From the NCBI GenBank assembly GCA_950097015.1, contig CATNEN010000024.1, positions 5,394,001 to 5,458,000 on the forward strand: a stretch of DNA of 64,000 nucleotides. Direction: 5' to 3'. A program made the position numbers and the translations under genes. The notes under the pieces were generated by a model, which saw nothing but the letters and a program-made list of their open reading frames with translations, was not told the origin of the DNA and did not search any database. Source of the stretch: Macrostomum hystrix (taxonomy: Eukaryota > Animalia > Platyhelminthes). Positions 24,291 to 36,899 of the stretch are shown piece after piece (position 1 is the first letter of the stretch; each line of letters starts with the position of its first letter).

Positions 24291-26175
24291 TGATCATGTG
24301 TCTTTCAATGGGCTCTCACTTTCAGGAAAAATCGTGTATTCAGTTTGATGTTAATTACTTGTTAAATACTCGTAGAAGCGACGTCATTCTCTTTCTATTG
24401 CCACGGGGGCTAAAAGATCATATTTAGTGCGTGGTCCTTATTGTGCAGCTATAGGAGATGAGAGTGTGTACAAGCTGCCAGCTACGATAAAATGATGAAG
24501 TTAGAAAGGAGAGTAAATTTGTGCACACTCGAGTGCACGGCTGGAGTGTACGCAACCGGGACTCTGTACGATGGCCTTTCAAAGTGTGTGCCTACAAGGT
24601 TCTTAGCTATTCGTCAATTTCTAAACAGCCCGTGTTTCAGCCACTTGCAAATAGCACATCGAAAGAATGTGAAAAGCTGCAATTGTCTGCCAAAGGTAAA
24701 GGCAAAATTTTTTTTAATCGTTTTTTAGGCTTTCAATGCAGCAGGAGGCAAACGTATTCAAAACTGTTTATAACTATAAAAGCTAGTGGAAAAATAAACG
24801 AAGAATATATATACAATAGAATTGATACCCGAAAGACAAATATCTAGTCTTTAGTACATTTTAAATACTTTTAAGTCAATGCAAGAACTGGTAACTACGC
24901 CGAAGCCAAACGAAGACGACATCGAGGTTTGCCAGAAAAAAAAACTCAGTTTTCTTCCTGAGGACATCTTCCTGAGTCTGAAGTATACCACTCGAGGCTT
25001 TCCCACTGCCGTGGAATCGTGGGAGCTTTTGAGTTGGGACTCGTAACGTGAGAAGTTGCGAGAGCAGGCCCTTGGATGTCCCGGATGCAAGTTGACACAA
25101 ACCTTGCATGTGACTCTCGGCCTCAGGCCAGCGTCGTCAGTCCGCGATGACCTGCCCCTCTCATATTTATTGTCAACGCGTTCGCGCAAAAAGGAATTAA
25201 TTATTTTGATTCATAGAAAATGTCTCGATATTTGGTGGCTACACAATAGACCCTGTACCTTCCAGTCAGGCGATAGAACTCGTTTGCATATTGCAAACAA
25301 AATTTAGAATCATGTAATTAATGCGATTCAAAGGGCAGCAAAGAATTCTGCATAAAGAGAAAAATAAATAACAGTCCCAAGAACTGGTAGAGTCGAAGAG
25401 TTTATTTATTTGGCTAGTAATTTAGTAAAAAACTGGCAATTACTCGTAGTTCTTCGATGTTTGAATGCAGTGCCATTATTGCAAGTTTTAAGCAATATGA
25501 ATTAAAAATCTAAAAATATATTACAATTTCTGTATTTTTCTTGTTCAAAAAATCGAAGTAAATAGCTCCGGTGTTGCAAATAAACTATACGAGCGTAGAT
25601 TCCATTCTGCCTGTACTCTGACACCACAGAGGGATTATCAGATAATACAGACTGGATTAGGCAAACCACTTTCCGTGCAGTTTTCAGATGGCGAAGGTCA
25701 AACAGGTCTGAAACCGGAGGATTGAGCCAGGTTGTTAGTGTTTTGTTTTCCTGTGTGCGTGATTGATATTCAATCCCGGATGCCCAGTTCGTTAGTGCAA
25801 ACCAAGCAGCTGCCTCACGAGAAACTTGTAGTCTTGTAGTAAGTTTTTCATGGTTACAGTGCAGAACATTCATTCATATTAAAAAAGAATTACAGCAATT
25901 CAAAATACAGCCAGACAAATGTGGTTTTCTGTGAAGCATCAAGAAAACGATTATGACTTACTTTAGCTTGATGTTGAAATTTTGGTCTCATTAACTAGGC
26001 AGGATGTTCACGAGTACTAGGAGACTTATCGTCTGAATCGACCCAAAAATATTAAAATCTTTATAACGCAAAGAATGACTTTATTCTGGATTGCAGTTCA
26101 TCTGGAGATCCATTGAGTCTCATGCTGTGCTGTCACCTTTAACGTACGAGCTCGTACTTTCCAGAGTTTTCAAGA

Positions 26176-29163
26176 TCAGCACGTGGTGTCCATCGCCAGG
26201 ATCTCTTCGTAGGTCAGCGCCCGACTGAAAATCGCGAAGCAGAGAAACTCCCCCTTGAACATGTTCTTCTCCTCGATAGCGTAGCCAAGTCTGATGGCAC
26301 TCGGAGTGACAACAGAGGGTCTCCTGGCATTAATTCTCACAGCGCGCTCCATACCGGAGACAAAAAGTCGGGCGCCGTCACATCCGTTGATGATAAATGC
26401 CAGCGACACCATCTGGTCGGTGCTGCCGATCGGCATTACGGCGTCTACGGATTGGAAACTGCACGGACCGATGAAGAAAAAGTATACACTGCCTGATTTT
26501 TCGTAAAAAAAGCCAGGTCGGTCATAAGAAGGCCCAGCTGAATTGTTATAGACGCTGAAGAAGGCCCTGTTGTTTCTAGCGGAGGATTGGTACGTGCGCC
26601 GCACCTTGACAAAGAAGGTCGAGTTGCACGGCGGATTGGCAAGGAAACCAGCCAGCCCTAGGAGGTCCACGTAGGAGCTGTGGTTGCCTTGGAAATGTAT
26701 GCCGCCGCTGCCGTTCTGACTGACACCCTCAAACTGAACTCCGGAGATCGTCATTGAGCCGCCGTTGAGAAAGCGTTGATCGAGGCCTAGTAGCAGCGGC
26801 ATGTCTTGGGCATCCGAGATAAGTTTCAGGTAGCTAACGCTGCCGGGTCGGCCTTGCCAGTCGCTGGCCCATGCACTCGAGTTGCCGAGCCAGCAGTTGG
26901 GCGCCACGTGTTGCGCAACTCGACAGGTCGGGTCGGCTGCACATTCAACTTGACAGCTGGCCGAGGCCTTCACGCCAGTCAGCTGACGGGTTTTCGAAGA
27001 GTAGCTTGCACCTGCTGTTGGCGCAGCTGCTGGGACTTGACGGAAGGACACTCTGCCACTGCTGATGCTAGAGACTGTCAGTCTCAACTGGGACAGACTG
27101 CGTTCGAGGAAAGAGTGATACATTCCCTTGTGGTTTACGAACCAAGTTCTATGGTAATGATTAGTCATTTTCTCAATTGGTCTCTGGTGTGACTGTCGAA
27201 GCATCACATTTCTAGAAATGAAGATCAGTATTTAGTATCAAATAAATACAACCCAGTTCATAATTCATCATGGACACCAGTCCAGTTCATTGTTCATCAT
27301 TGACACCAGCCCAGTTAATTACTCATCATTGACACCAGCCAAGTTCAATAATCACCATTGACATCAGCCTAGTTTATTATTCAACACTGATACCAACCCA
27401 GTTCATAATTCATCATTGACACCAGCCCAGTTAATTATTCATCATTGACACCAGCCAAGTTCAATAATCACCATTGACATCAGCCTAGTTTATTATTCAT
27501 CACTGATACCAACCCAGTTCATAACCGCTGCAGTGAGCCCTAATATTCGCTTTCTAGGGCTTAACGAAATTAATAAAATACAAAAGGCATGCAGTATTTG
27601 CTCATCGTGACATTTTTGCGTATTAAACTGGTGAACAAAATGGCTTGATTTTTTGCTGTTTTCTCTGTATGGAAGCATCGACTAAACTACATGAAGATGC
27701 ATTTGTTTGAACTCATCAGAGGCCAGCAGACTTAATATTCTGGTGACACCATCTCACATTTCATGAATATAGGGCTTAAAACCGGCTTTCCACTTAAGAC
27801 GATAAACCTGTCCACTTCGTCCACTTCTTCGGCCATTGTTTGAGGATGGTAAATGTCTGAGACTTGTACAATTTTATCTCTTCAGACTCCTAGAGCAAAC
27901 AGAGAAGAAATAGCGAGCTGGCAGAAAGCGCAAGAGAAATCGATATTACATCTCTTTTTTTCTGCATGCAGTCGTTTAGTTTGACCAGCGTCGAATTTTT
28001 ACGTTTAGACTCCCGAAAGTATATTAGCGGGTCTTTTATCGAATGGAGAAGTGAGGCATTGAGGATCCATCATTGAGGATTTCAAGGACTGCGAAGTCCA
28101 TTTCCCACACTCTAATTTTCCGCTCTATCCGCCGAAAAAAACTTCCAGAATTAAACAATGGCTATCGTTGAGATGTCTCATCGGGGATTTCTGGTTGCAA
28201 AACCACCAATATAGGGATAATTATTCTTCTCATTAAATTTCATCAGTAAGCACCATAAATAATAATAATAATTGCAGGAGGGCTGCGGGCAATGGCACAC
28301 CATTTAGTGACACTAGACCCGCAGCCAGCGAGGAGGGAATTCTGCCCATTTCGCTGACTCCTGAGCACACACGCACACAGATACTGTACGCAGGCATACG
28401 CTCACACACGTGTGTACATCTGCCCTGACTTTCTTATCGTCAGGCAGGGTACACTTCACTGTGCCTTGGAGGTTGGCCCTCAAGGGCGTAAATTGCACGA
28501 CAAGCCCCCAAGCCTTCTCTCCGCGGCTGCGCCCCAAATAAATGTGGCCTCGCCGTGGAATCGAACTTAGGGACCGTGGTGCGAGAGGCAAACGCGATAA
28601 CCGCTCTGCCACCGACCCCCCCAGTAAGCACCATGCATATAGGCTATTATTGCTGATTATATTGCTAATGATTGTAATATTGAACCAATATGGATTCGGC
28701 ATAGAGGTTTATTTAGAGCAATACGGAGCCTTGTCACCAGCATCTTCGACAGGAATAGCTAAATATCACGACGATGCTGATGAGCGGCTTCGAAAATTTG
28801 TAAATCGCAAATGGCGGAATATTTGATCCAAATGATGCATTTTCACAAAAACCAGTCATTCGGTTTGGTATTTAAAATATCTCCTGCTCTTTCCCCACGG
28901 GAAAATTAGCGAGGTCTTTCTACTGTTAAGCCTTCAGATCGTTATCTGAAGCAGGTTAGGAGAGTATGCGTGTTGAATTCCACGTCGAGGTGAGCAGAAG
29001 ACGTGCAAACATTTTGTAAAATGCTACGTGACTTTTCACTGCAAATAGCAAAATAGCTCAAAGCTACGACACAGGAACAGATTCTATCCCAGCGGATGAA
29101 AATAAAATTTGATCAACAGTTCACTCACATGAGCAGGAATGCCACTGAGCCAAGAATGAGCAT
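26176..29163 (-). CDS. Secreted PAN/apple + ConA-like lectin/LamG (pentraxin-like) protein; complement(join(26176..27067,29129..29163)), ~308 aa
   Basis: PAN-like SCQVECAADPTCRVAQHVAPNCWL and LamG3-like C-terminus FKGEFLCFAIFSRALTYEEI. A 35-nt exon (AACAAAATG context, MLILGSVAFLL|GTGAGT) splices in phase 2 to CTAG|CATC, giving the signal peptide MLILGSVAFLLIISSG. Exon 1 is less certain than exon 2. Confidence 0.72.
27250..27525. repeat. ~27-bp tandem repeat (TTCATCATTGACACCAGCCCAGTTAAT) with a ~108-bp higher-order period
   Basis: Directly visible; four unit variants recur in the same order. Confidence 0.85.
27550..27860 (-). pseudogene. Possible decayed piggyBac/PGBD transposase fragment
   Basis: Across stops and frameshifts: EFKQMHLHVV (cf. 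RF.QI..LHF), KIKPF (cf. KIRPL) and CHDEQIL (cf. SIDEQMI), in the expected order. Weak match; no TIR or TTAA ends found. Confidence 0.35.
28257..28621 (-). mobile_element. SINE family A, full length, with 13-bp TSD
   Basis: Head GGGGGGTCGGTGGCAGAGCGG...AGTTCGATTCC, (ATT)n tail. CAGTAAGCACCAT is repeated at 28244..28256 and 28622..28634. Confidence 0.93.
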
Positions 29164-29578
29164 TTTGTTCGACTTGAAGAGTTCAGGATTTTTCTTATGC
29201 ACTGCTTTGAACAATCAGAAAGCTGATGACAACTAGCTTCATGGCCTGTGGTCTTATAGAACGATAATAAATGCCTTGATAGTTCTAACTGGCTCAACCC
29301 TGCTGACCAATCAGTTGTAAGCGGAGGCTGAGCTTCAGCCTAGCTCGATCTTGATGTGAAATCTGCAAGCGTATCCCAACTATACTCATTAAAATGAGAC
29401 CGGTTGCTTATGACAACAGTATATCTTGAACCGAGAGGTGCTGCGAGCTGCCTTCAAAATTCAAGGGCACTTGGTATAGTAGCAATCAGGTTTATGAGTA
29501 AAAACATTTTCTACGAAACATTTTCTCGTATATTTTTATTGGGTTGTTTTACTGTTAAAAATAGTTAACCATGTAGAC

Positions 29579-31560
29579 CATGGGTCGGCAAACTCCGGCC
29601 CGCGGGCCAGATGCGGCCCTCGAAGCTCCCAAATCCGGCCCGTTGCCCCTTCTAACATCTGCAGTGTCCTGTTTCATCTCTCCCGTGTCTAAGCTCTCCC
29701 GTGTCAAATCTCTCTCGTGTCCCATCTTTTCTGTGTCTCATCTCTCCCGTGTCTAATCTCTCTCGTGTCCCATCTTTTCTGTGTCTCATCTCTCCCGTGT
29801 CTAATCGCTCCCGTGTCTAATCTCTCCCGTGTCTAATCTCTCCCGTGTCTCATCTCTCCCGTGTCTAATCTCTCCCGTGTCAAATCTCTCTCGTGTCCCA
29901 TCTTTTCTGTGTCTCATCTCTCCCGTGTCTCATCTCTCCCGTGTCTAATCTCTCCCGTGTCTCATCTCTCCCGTGTCTAATCTCTCCCGTGTCTAATCTC
30001 TCTCGTGTCTAATCTCTCCCGTGTCTAATCTCTCCCGTGTCTCATCTCTCCCGTGTCTAATCTCTCCCGTGTCAAATCTCTCTCGTGTCCCATCTTTTCT
30101 GTGTCTCATCTCTCCCGTGTCTCATCTCTCCCGTGTCTAATCTCTCCCGTGTCTCATCTCTCCCGTGTCTCATCTCTCCCGTGTCTAATCTCTCCCGTGT
30201 CTCATCTCTCCCGTGTCTCATCTCTCTCGTGTCCCATCTTTTCTGTGTCTCATCTCTCCCGTGTCTAATCGCTCCCGTGTCTAATCTCTCCCGTGTCTAA
30301 TCTCTCCCGTGTCTCATCTCTCCCGTGTCTAATCTCTCCCGTGTCAAATCTCTCTCGTGTCCCATCTTTTCTGTGTCTCATCTCTCCCGTGTCTCATCTC
30401 TCCCGTGTCTAATCTCTCCCGTGTCTCATCTCTCCCGTGTCTAATCTCTCCCGTGTCTAATCTCTCTCGTGTCTAATCTCTCCCGTGTCTAATCTCTCCC
30501 GTGTCTCATCTCTCCCGTGTCTAATCTCTCCCGTGTCAAATCTCTCTCGTGTCCCATCTTTTCTGTGTCTCATCTCTCCCGTGTCTCATCTCTCCCGTGT
30601 CTCATCTCTCCCGTGTCTCATCTCTCCCGTGTCTCATCTCTCCCGTGTCTCATCTCTCCCGTGTCTAATCTCTCCCGTGTCTCATCTCTCCCGTGTCTAA
30701 TCTCTCCCGTGTCTCATCTCCCCCGTGTCTAATCTCTCTCGTGTCTAATCTCTCCCGTGTCTCATCTCCCCCGTGTCTAATCTCTCCCGTGTCTAATCTC
30801 TCCCCTGTCTTATCTCTCCCGTGTCTCATCTCTCTCTTGTCCCATCTTTCCTGTGTCTCATCTCTCCCGTGTCTAATCTCTCCCGTGTCTCATCTCTCTC
30901 TTGTCCCATCTTTTCTGTGTCTCATCTCTCCCGTGTCTCATCTCTCTCTTGTCCCATCTTTCCTGTGTCTCATCTCTCCCGTGTCTAATCTCTCCCGTGT
31001 CTAATCTCTCCCCTGTCTTATCTCTCCCGTGTCTCATCTCTCCCGTGTCTCATCTCTCCCGTGTCTAATCTCTCCCGTGTCTCATCTCTCCTGTGTCTAA
31101 TCTCTCCCGTGTCTCATCTCCCCCGTGTCTAATCTCTCCCGTGTCTAATCTCTCCCGTGTCTCATCTCTCTCGTGTCCCATCTTTTCTGTGTCTCATCTC
31201 TCCCGTGTCTCATCTCTCCCGTGTCTAATCTCTCCCGTGTCTAATCTCTCCCGTGTCTAATCTCTCCCGTGTCTAATCTCTCCCGTGTCTCATCTCCCCC
31301 GTGTCTAATCTCTCCCGTGTCTAATCTCTCCCCCGTCTTATCTCTCCCGTGTCTCCTCTCTCTTTTGTCCCATCTTTCCTGTGTCTCATCTCTCCCGTGT
31401 CTAATCTCTCCCGTGTCTAATCTCTCCCGTGTCTCATCTCTCCCGTGTCTAATCTCTCCCGTGTCTCATCTCTCCCGTGTCTCATCTCTCCCGTGTCTCA
31501 TCTCTGTCGTCTTTTAGGTTCTCTCTTTGGCCCGCCAGCAAATAAGTTTGCCCACCCCTG
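29579..31560. mobile_element. Non-autonomous hAT (Charlie/Buster-type) element with an internal satellite
   Basis: TIRs CATGGGTCGGCAAAC and GTTTGCCCACCCCTG, subterminal GGCCCG motifs, perfect 8-bp TSD ATGTAGAC (29571..29578 and 31561..31568) with central TA. Confidence 0.92.
29662..31510. repeat. 16-bp satellite (CTCATCTCTCCCGTGT/CTAATCTCTCCCGTGT), >100 copies, inside the hAT element
   Basis: Directly visible; the variant CCCATCTTTTCTGTGT recurs periodically. Confidence 0.97.
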
Positions 31561-33269
31561 ATGTAGACTAAGTGGGTAAGGTTATCAAGACTTGGACTTC
31601 AAATTTAAGACTGCATCATCAGGTAATCGAGGCTGCACCGTCTTTTGGACTGTTAACTTAAGCTTGTCATTTATTGCTAATATAGATCAGGTACCTGTAT
31701 AGCACACTGTTCGATAATTGTTTTCCTTATACTTAGATAGAACAATATCCATGGCAGCTAATTATCGCATGCAAACCGGTCGGATAAGAGGCCTTACTGC
31801 TGCAGTAGTTAGTTAGCCAAGACTGGCTGACTTCACAACTCATTTGATTTTCCCTGTACTGCTTCCTTTGTTTTCGTTTTTTCAATCGTTTACTCAAGCA
31901 CATCTCAATATAGCACTTGTAACAAAAATTCGATACTCAAATTATCAAGCCACATCAGGTGGTACAACTTAGCTCAGCTGTCATGCTGAAGCTGATAGGT
32001 TTTCTGCCTCTTAAGTCGTGTGGGGTTACAATACATCGTCTCTCACAGAATTAAGCCACTAGAAACAGCTATTGAATCCAATGGCTTCTTTGTGCATTGT
32101 CGATGCAGAATTTCCTTGCATGGCGTCTTTAAAAGAACTGCATTGTAATAAAAAATTTGCCATTCGAATTGTTCGCTCATGGACGCCCATGCCCTAATTG
32201 TTTGCTCATATATTCGAATGCTGAAAACCATTACTAAATTGTGCACAATAAAATCGAGGACCACTAGGATCTAAGACCAGGACCGCTACTTCTATCCTCC
32301 TTAAAATGGTCCTAAAATTAAATAGAAATAGAGGAAAGTATAATTTAGTTGTTGATTTAATGGTTCACCAGATTTTATAGGAGACTTTACAAAGTAAAAT
32401 AAGATTTAAATACTATTTTTAATACCACGGTCGAGAATTTTTTATCTAGCTGTGCAAAAACAGGTTTTGTTTAAAAAGGTTCTATATTGTGGTTCCATTT
32501 ACATCCATTATGTTCAGGTGTAATTCGATCTGCATGTGCAGCATGAAGACAAGGCCAAGGCCGAGGCGAGGCCAACCCGCTGGCGATATGAGATATGACG
32601 TTCTTAATCCGCCGCGCGCACGGGAGAACTTCTGCTCGTCCAGACCTACCTGAACGACCTCGAGGCATGGGCTTGACCGCCATTTAGGCTGTCGTCTGCC
32701 CGTTGAACCTGTTTTGCGAACGTCTGTGCTAGGGCGTCTTCATCCTAGCGTAATACTACTATCCAGACTATATACAGCATCACATTTGAAATAGACGGTC
32801 GTGGGATTTGATTGGTCAATTGTGTGCTATATGTTTCTATTTTAACATTTTTTTCGCTCCAAGGCGTTAAAAGTCAGCACATCACATTCGCCAACGAAAT
32901 TAAAAAAAGAGAAATTGTTAGCGAAATGTATATGGGATGTTTCAAAAATGTCCTTAATCTTAACCTGTGGTAAAACCTAGCCTAGGCCTTGGTAGACCTA
33001 CAGATCGACAAATGCTTTGTCAATCTAAAGAAGGAGAAAACTTCCAGTTTTATTTACGGAACCCACATATCATAACAAATATCTAGCTAGCACAAATAAA
33101 ACTATTCGCGTTTTGATTTTAAAAAGGCTCACGTAGTCGAAATCGTAATGTCGATAGGCATGTTTATACATTTTCGAAGGCACGGATTTAAAAGATAGTT
33201 TAGAGGATTTTTTTATCTTGAAATATTCCTATGTTACTGGTGATTTAAAAGATGATAAAAGAATTACAC

Positions 33270-33733
33270 CCGTGTTGACAGTCGAGATAGGGTCTAAGAA
33301 ACGGTAATCGAACATGCGCGACGGTTGCCTTCTAGGCAAATCAGAACATGTTATTTGTTCCGAGAACATGTTCTTTTTAATTTATAAGGCTTCGTAATGT
33401 AAAAAATATATATGTAGCTTCGTGCTAAATGCGCCCTTGAGAGAAAACTATATTGCTGGCTAATATGTACGTTAAGTGCTGGTGAACTAGGATATTACTA
33501 TACATAGGCCTAGTATGGTTTAACTCTGTCTTGTTTGTTGACCTCATGCCAAGGAAGGCATAGTTTTTTCTTCATTATTTTTTCTTCACCTAGCAGTATT
33601 TAAATAATTTAATATACATTAAGTAGCATTATTAATTTAAAAGAACATGTTCTCGAAACAAAGAACATGTTCGGAGTTGCCTGTTAGGCGACCGTTGTGC
33701 ATGTTCGATGTAGCCTAATAGTTGTCAACACGG
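33270..33733. mobile_element. MITE-like foldback element with ~100-bp imperfect inverted repeats
   Basis: 33270..33385 is the imperfect reverse complement of 33635..33733 (CCGTGTTGAC...GAACATG...AGAACATGTTCTTTT). No clear TSD. Confidence 0.75.
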
Positions 33734-35353
33734 CAGAATATTCTCATTAGCTCAATAATCTGATTTTCTTTTTATGCATAGGCCCCCCTATATTCTCCTT
33801 CTTCAATGCTTCGACATAAGTAACTTAATTTTCACAAATTGTGTAGGCCTACATAATAATTATAAGATATATGATTTGAAGGATATAGCTGTAATATATT
33901 TTACTGTCTAAATAAAAGAAAACGATTATTATTAAGAATAAATAAGATGCAATTTCAGATTTTTTTTCTTTTGCAGGTTTTTCTCTAGTTTCTTTATAGA
34001 AATCACCATTGACTTTTGTTTTGTGTTAGTTAAACCATTTTTTATTAAAGTTGACTTATTTGCTTTTCAGTAATACCAATTTTTTTTTTAGCTCTATACC
34101 TATTTCTTAATAATTGGATGGGATGGAGGGCATCACTATGGGGCCTAGTTTCGTTTTTTAAATGAATTTGTAATTTTAAATTAACAGTTAATGAAGATTT
34201 ACTATTTTTAACAAAAAACTGACAAACATTGTCAAAACAAGTCATACAAAAACTCATAGAAGCATTCAGTAGGCCTAATTTATTACACTCATCAAAGCTG
34301 ATTAAAGTAGGGAATAATCTGTAATCCAGTAGTGAAAATGACAAAATGTGTTATCAGAGTACTGATGTTGCCACAGAAATTCTGCAGGCAATAAAAATAT
34401 CAATAATCTGCTCCTGTTCCCTGAAAAACATTCTTTGCATACCCAAACTCTTACTGACCCTCAACCATAGACAAATATTAAATTAAACCATGTCAGCCCA
34501 AAAAATCGTCTTTTTTTGGGCTGAGAATCATTAATGAGAATCATTAAAAAATCATTGCTAGAATTGTGTGATCTTGTAACAATCGTAAATCTTTATTAAC
34601 AGTTTATTTAAAATAAAAAAATAATTTAACTAACACTAACAAAACTACAGTTATGCCAAAAGAAAAATAGCTTGTTTCTTCATTTCTTCATAGTTTTTAT
34701 GAAATAAACTGAAATATTTTGTTATATTAAAGTTATCTAAGAACAACTGGGCCTATTAATAAATTAACTTTGAACTAGGCATATTTTAGTATATTATATT
34801 TGAGTAGGCCTAGCTATTATTATTATTAGAATGCCTATTATGTTTTAGATTTGAATTAAATTTTATTGTGCTACCTGGGTGCTAGTAAATTCCTCAACTT
34901 TTTATTTGCCAATTGTTTTTGCTGTTGGCCACTTTGTCAACTGGTAAATCTGTCTACTATAATTATTTGTACCAATAATTTCTATACATATATTTCCATA
35001 TATATCATTAATATAGTTAAGGTCTGAACAATAGTGGAATAATTTAGTTAACATGCATGAGTCTGCCACTTTCTGTATCTGTGTCAGAGAAGGAGAATAA
35101 AATAATATTACTAATAAGAACTTGGTTGTCCAAAAATCAACTTTGACAATAGGCTCTATAGGCTATATTGTAGGTTTGAATGGTCTATAATAAGCCACAA
35201 CAAGACAATTATGCCACATTGACATTGGGTGTGATCTCTACCCCAATTCCAATTGGCTGCTTGTGAAATATGTAGGGTTCCTTATGGGAAATATAAAATA
35301 TGATGAAGAAAGTGATCAACTCTAAAAACACTTAAAGAGTATCATTCTCCCAT

Positions 35354-35610
35354 AAATGAGAATATCTGAAAAAGTACTTGACTAATTTGTGTGTCTGAGG
35401 TGTCCTTGTGTAGCAGGGACATGCGTAAAGATGTGTGTAAAATTTGATGTCACATGGATCAAGTATACGGTCACAGCACTCATTTGTTTAATGTCAATGG
35501 TATGACGAAAGCCACAAAGAAACAGAGAAAGCACACTTTAAATGAGAATATCTGAAAAAGTACTTGACTAATTTGTGTGTCTGAGGTGTCCTTGTGTAGC
35601 AGGGACATGC
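35354..35610. repeat. 71-bp exact direct repeat with a 186-bp period
   Basis: AAATGAGAATATCTGAAAAAG...GCAGGGACATGC at 35354..35424 and 35540..35610. Confidence 0.9.
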
Positions 35611-36899
35611 ATCAAGCAGTTGTAGCAGTATCTGGTGAAATAATTGACCCATGCCTTTAGTTAAGGCAGAAATAGGATTATAAGACGCATCTGAAAAAGC
35701 CGTCAGAGCACACTTTAAAAGTTTCTTCAGTAGCAAATCATTGATGAAACTATTCGTCCGGCACATTTAGCTCGGCGTCAGAGACAGACATACACTTTAG
35801 GTTCGAGAGTTCGTGTTTTTGTTTTAATTTTCACTTAAAGTGAAAAATGTCTGTCGGAAAATGTCTGTTGGGGAACCCATACATTGATACAAAGCAACTT
35901 AAAGTAAAGTAAACTTAAAGGTCAACTGCACACCTTAGTGCATAATTAATGAGATTCAAGCCACAGGGGTACTGTACAAACAGTTAATTAATTGTCTTTC
36001 CTTCTTTCCATCAGGTACTCTTTTCCCAACCAAATAGCCTACATATACAAAAAGCATACTATAATAGTATTTCACCCTGTATTGTTAAATGTACTGGATC
36101 TTTGGACTATCATGCAGCTAAGTCAGTTAAGCCAAGTATTGTAGGTCTGTATTGTTCTACTTGCAATAGCTACTAATGGACATGTTTGATATTAGGAAAA
36201 ATGTCTTAGGTATAATTTATATTGTTCATATCTTTGATTCATTTCATCTCTAGTGGTTAAACCTTTTTACAGTTTCTGGTAAATATTAAACCCAATGAAC
36301 AATATTTCACTTTGTAGCTCTATAAATAGCTCTATGATTTGTTTCAAAAAAGTTTTCTTATTGTTCATATGTTGGACATAAGTAGCTAAAAAATACTTTC
36401 ATTTCTTTCAATTAAAAAAAAATAGCAAAAAGTATATGGTCAGAAGTGCATTCTAGTTTGCATTATCTAGAGCTAGGAAGACAAATTTCTGTGAAAACTA
36501 GTATCCTTAGTTTTTTGGCTTTCTGAAATTGTTAAGTACTGTAATTCATAATATTTAATCAAGCCTTCTTTTAAAAAATATATATATAATTGAACATTCC
36601 TATTTTGTTTGATTATTTCTTGTTTAGTTGATGTTAATTTGCACTGATAAAGTGGGCAAAGTCGTTAAATATGCTACTTTGAGTATTTTTATATATAATG
36701 AAAAGAACGGCTCGTTTTTACAGAATGTTAATTCTTTTTGGCAAACAGATGTATAATATTAGATTATATGGATTATAAGAGCCTGTGGGTTAGACTCTAA
36801 ATTATTTATTACAAGATAGCTTAATGAACAATCTTTTTAACAAATTGTTAAAATAAGTTTACATTTCTTCACTTTCAGAAAAAAAGACTAAATAATATA

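Noticed and set aside
32520-32690. GC-rich island with coding-like codons (DLHVQHEDKAKAEARPTRW...ELLLVQTYLNDLEAW)
   Set aside because: Interrupted by stops, no recognisable family and no consistent splice partners; at most a pseudo-exon.
34045-35766. Two short minus-strand ORFs with faint P-transposase-like motifs (KLGLLNAS; HKLVKYFFRYSHLKC)
   Set aside because: Motifs are weak, in the wrong order for one element, and lie in AT-rich DNA; not supportable without a profile search.
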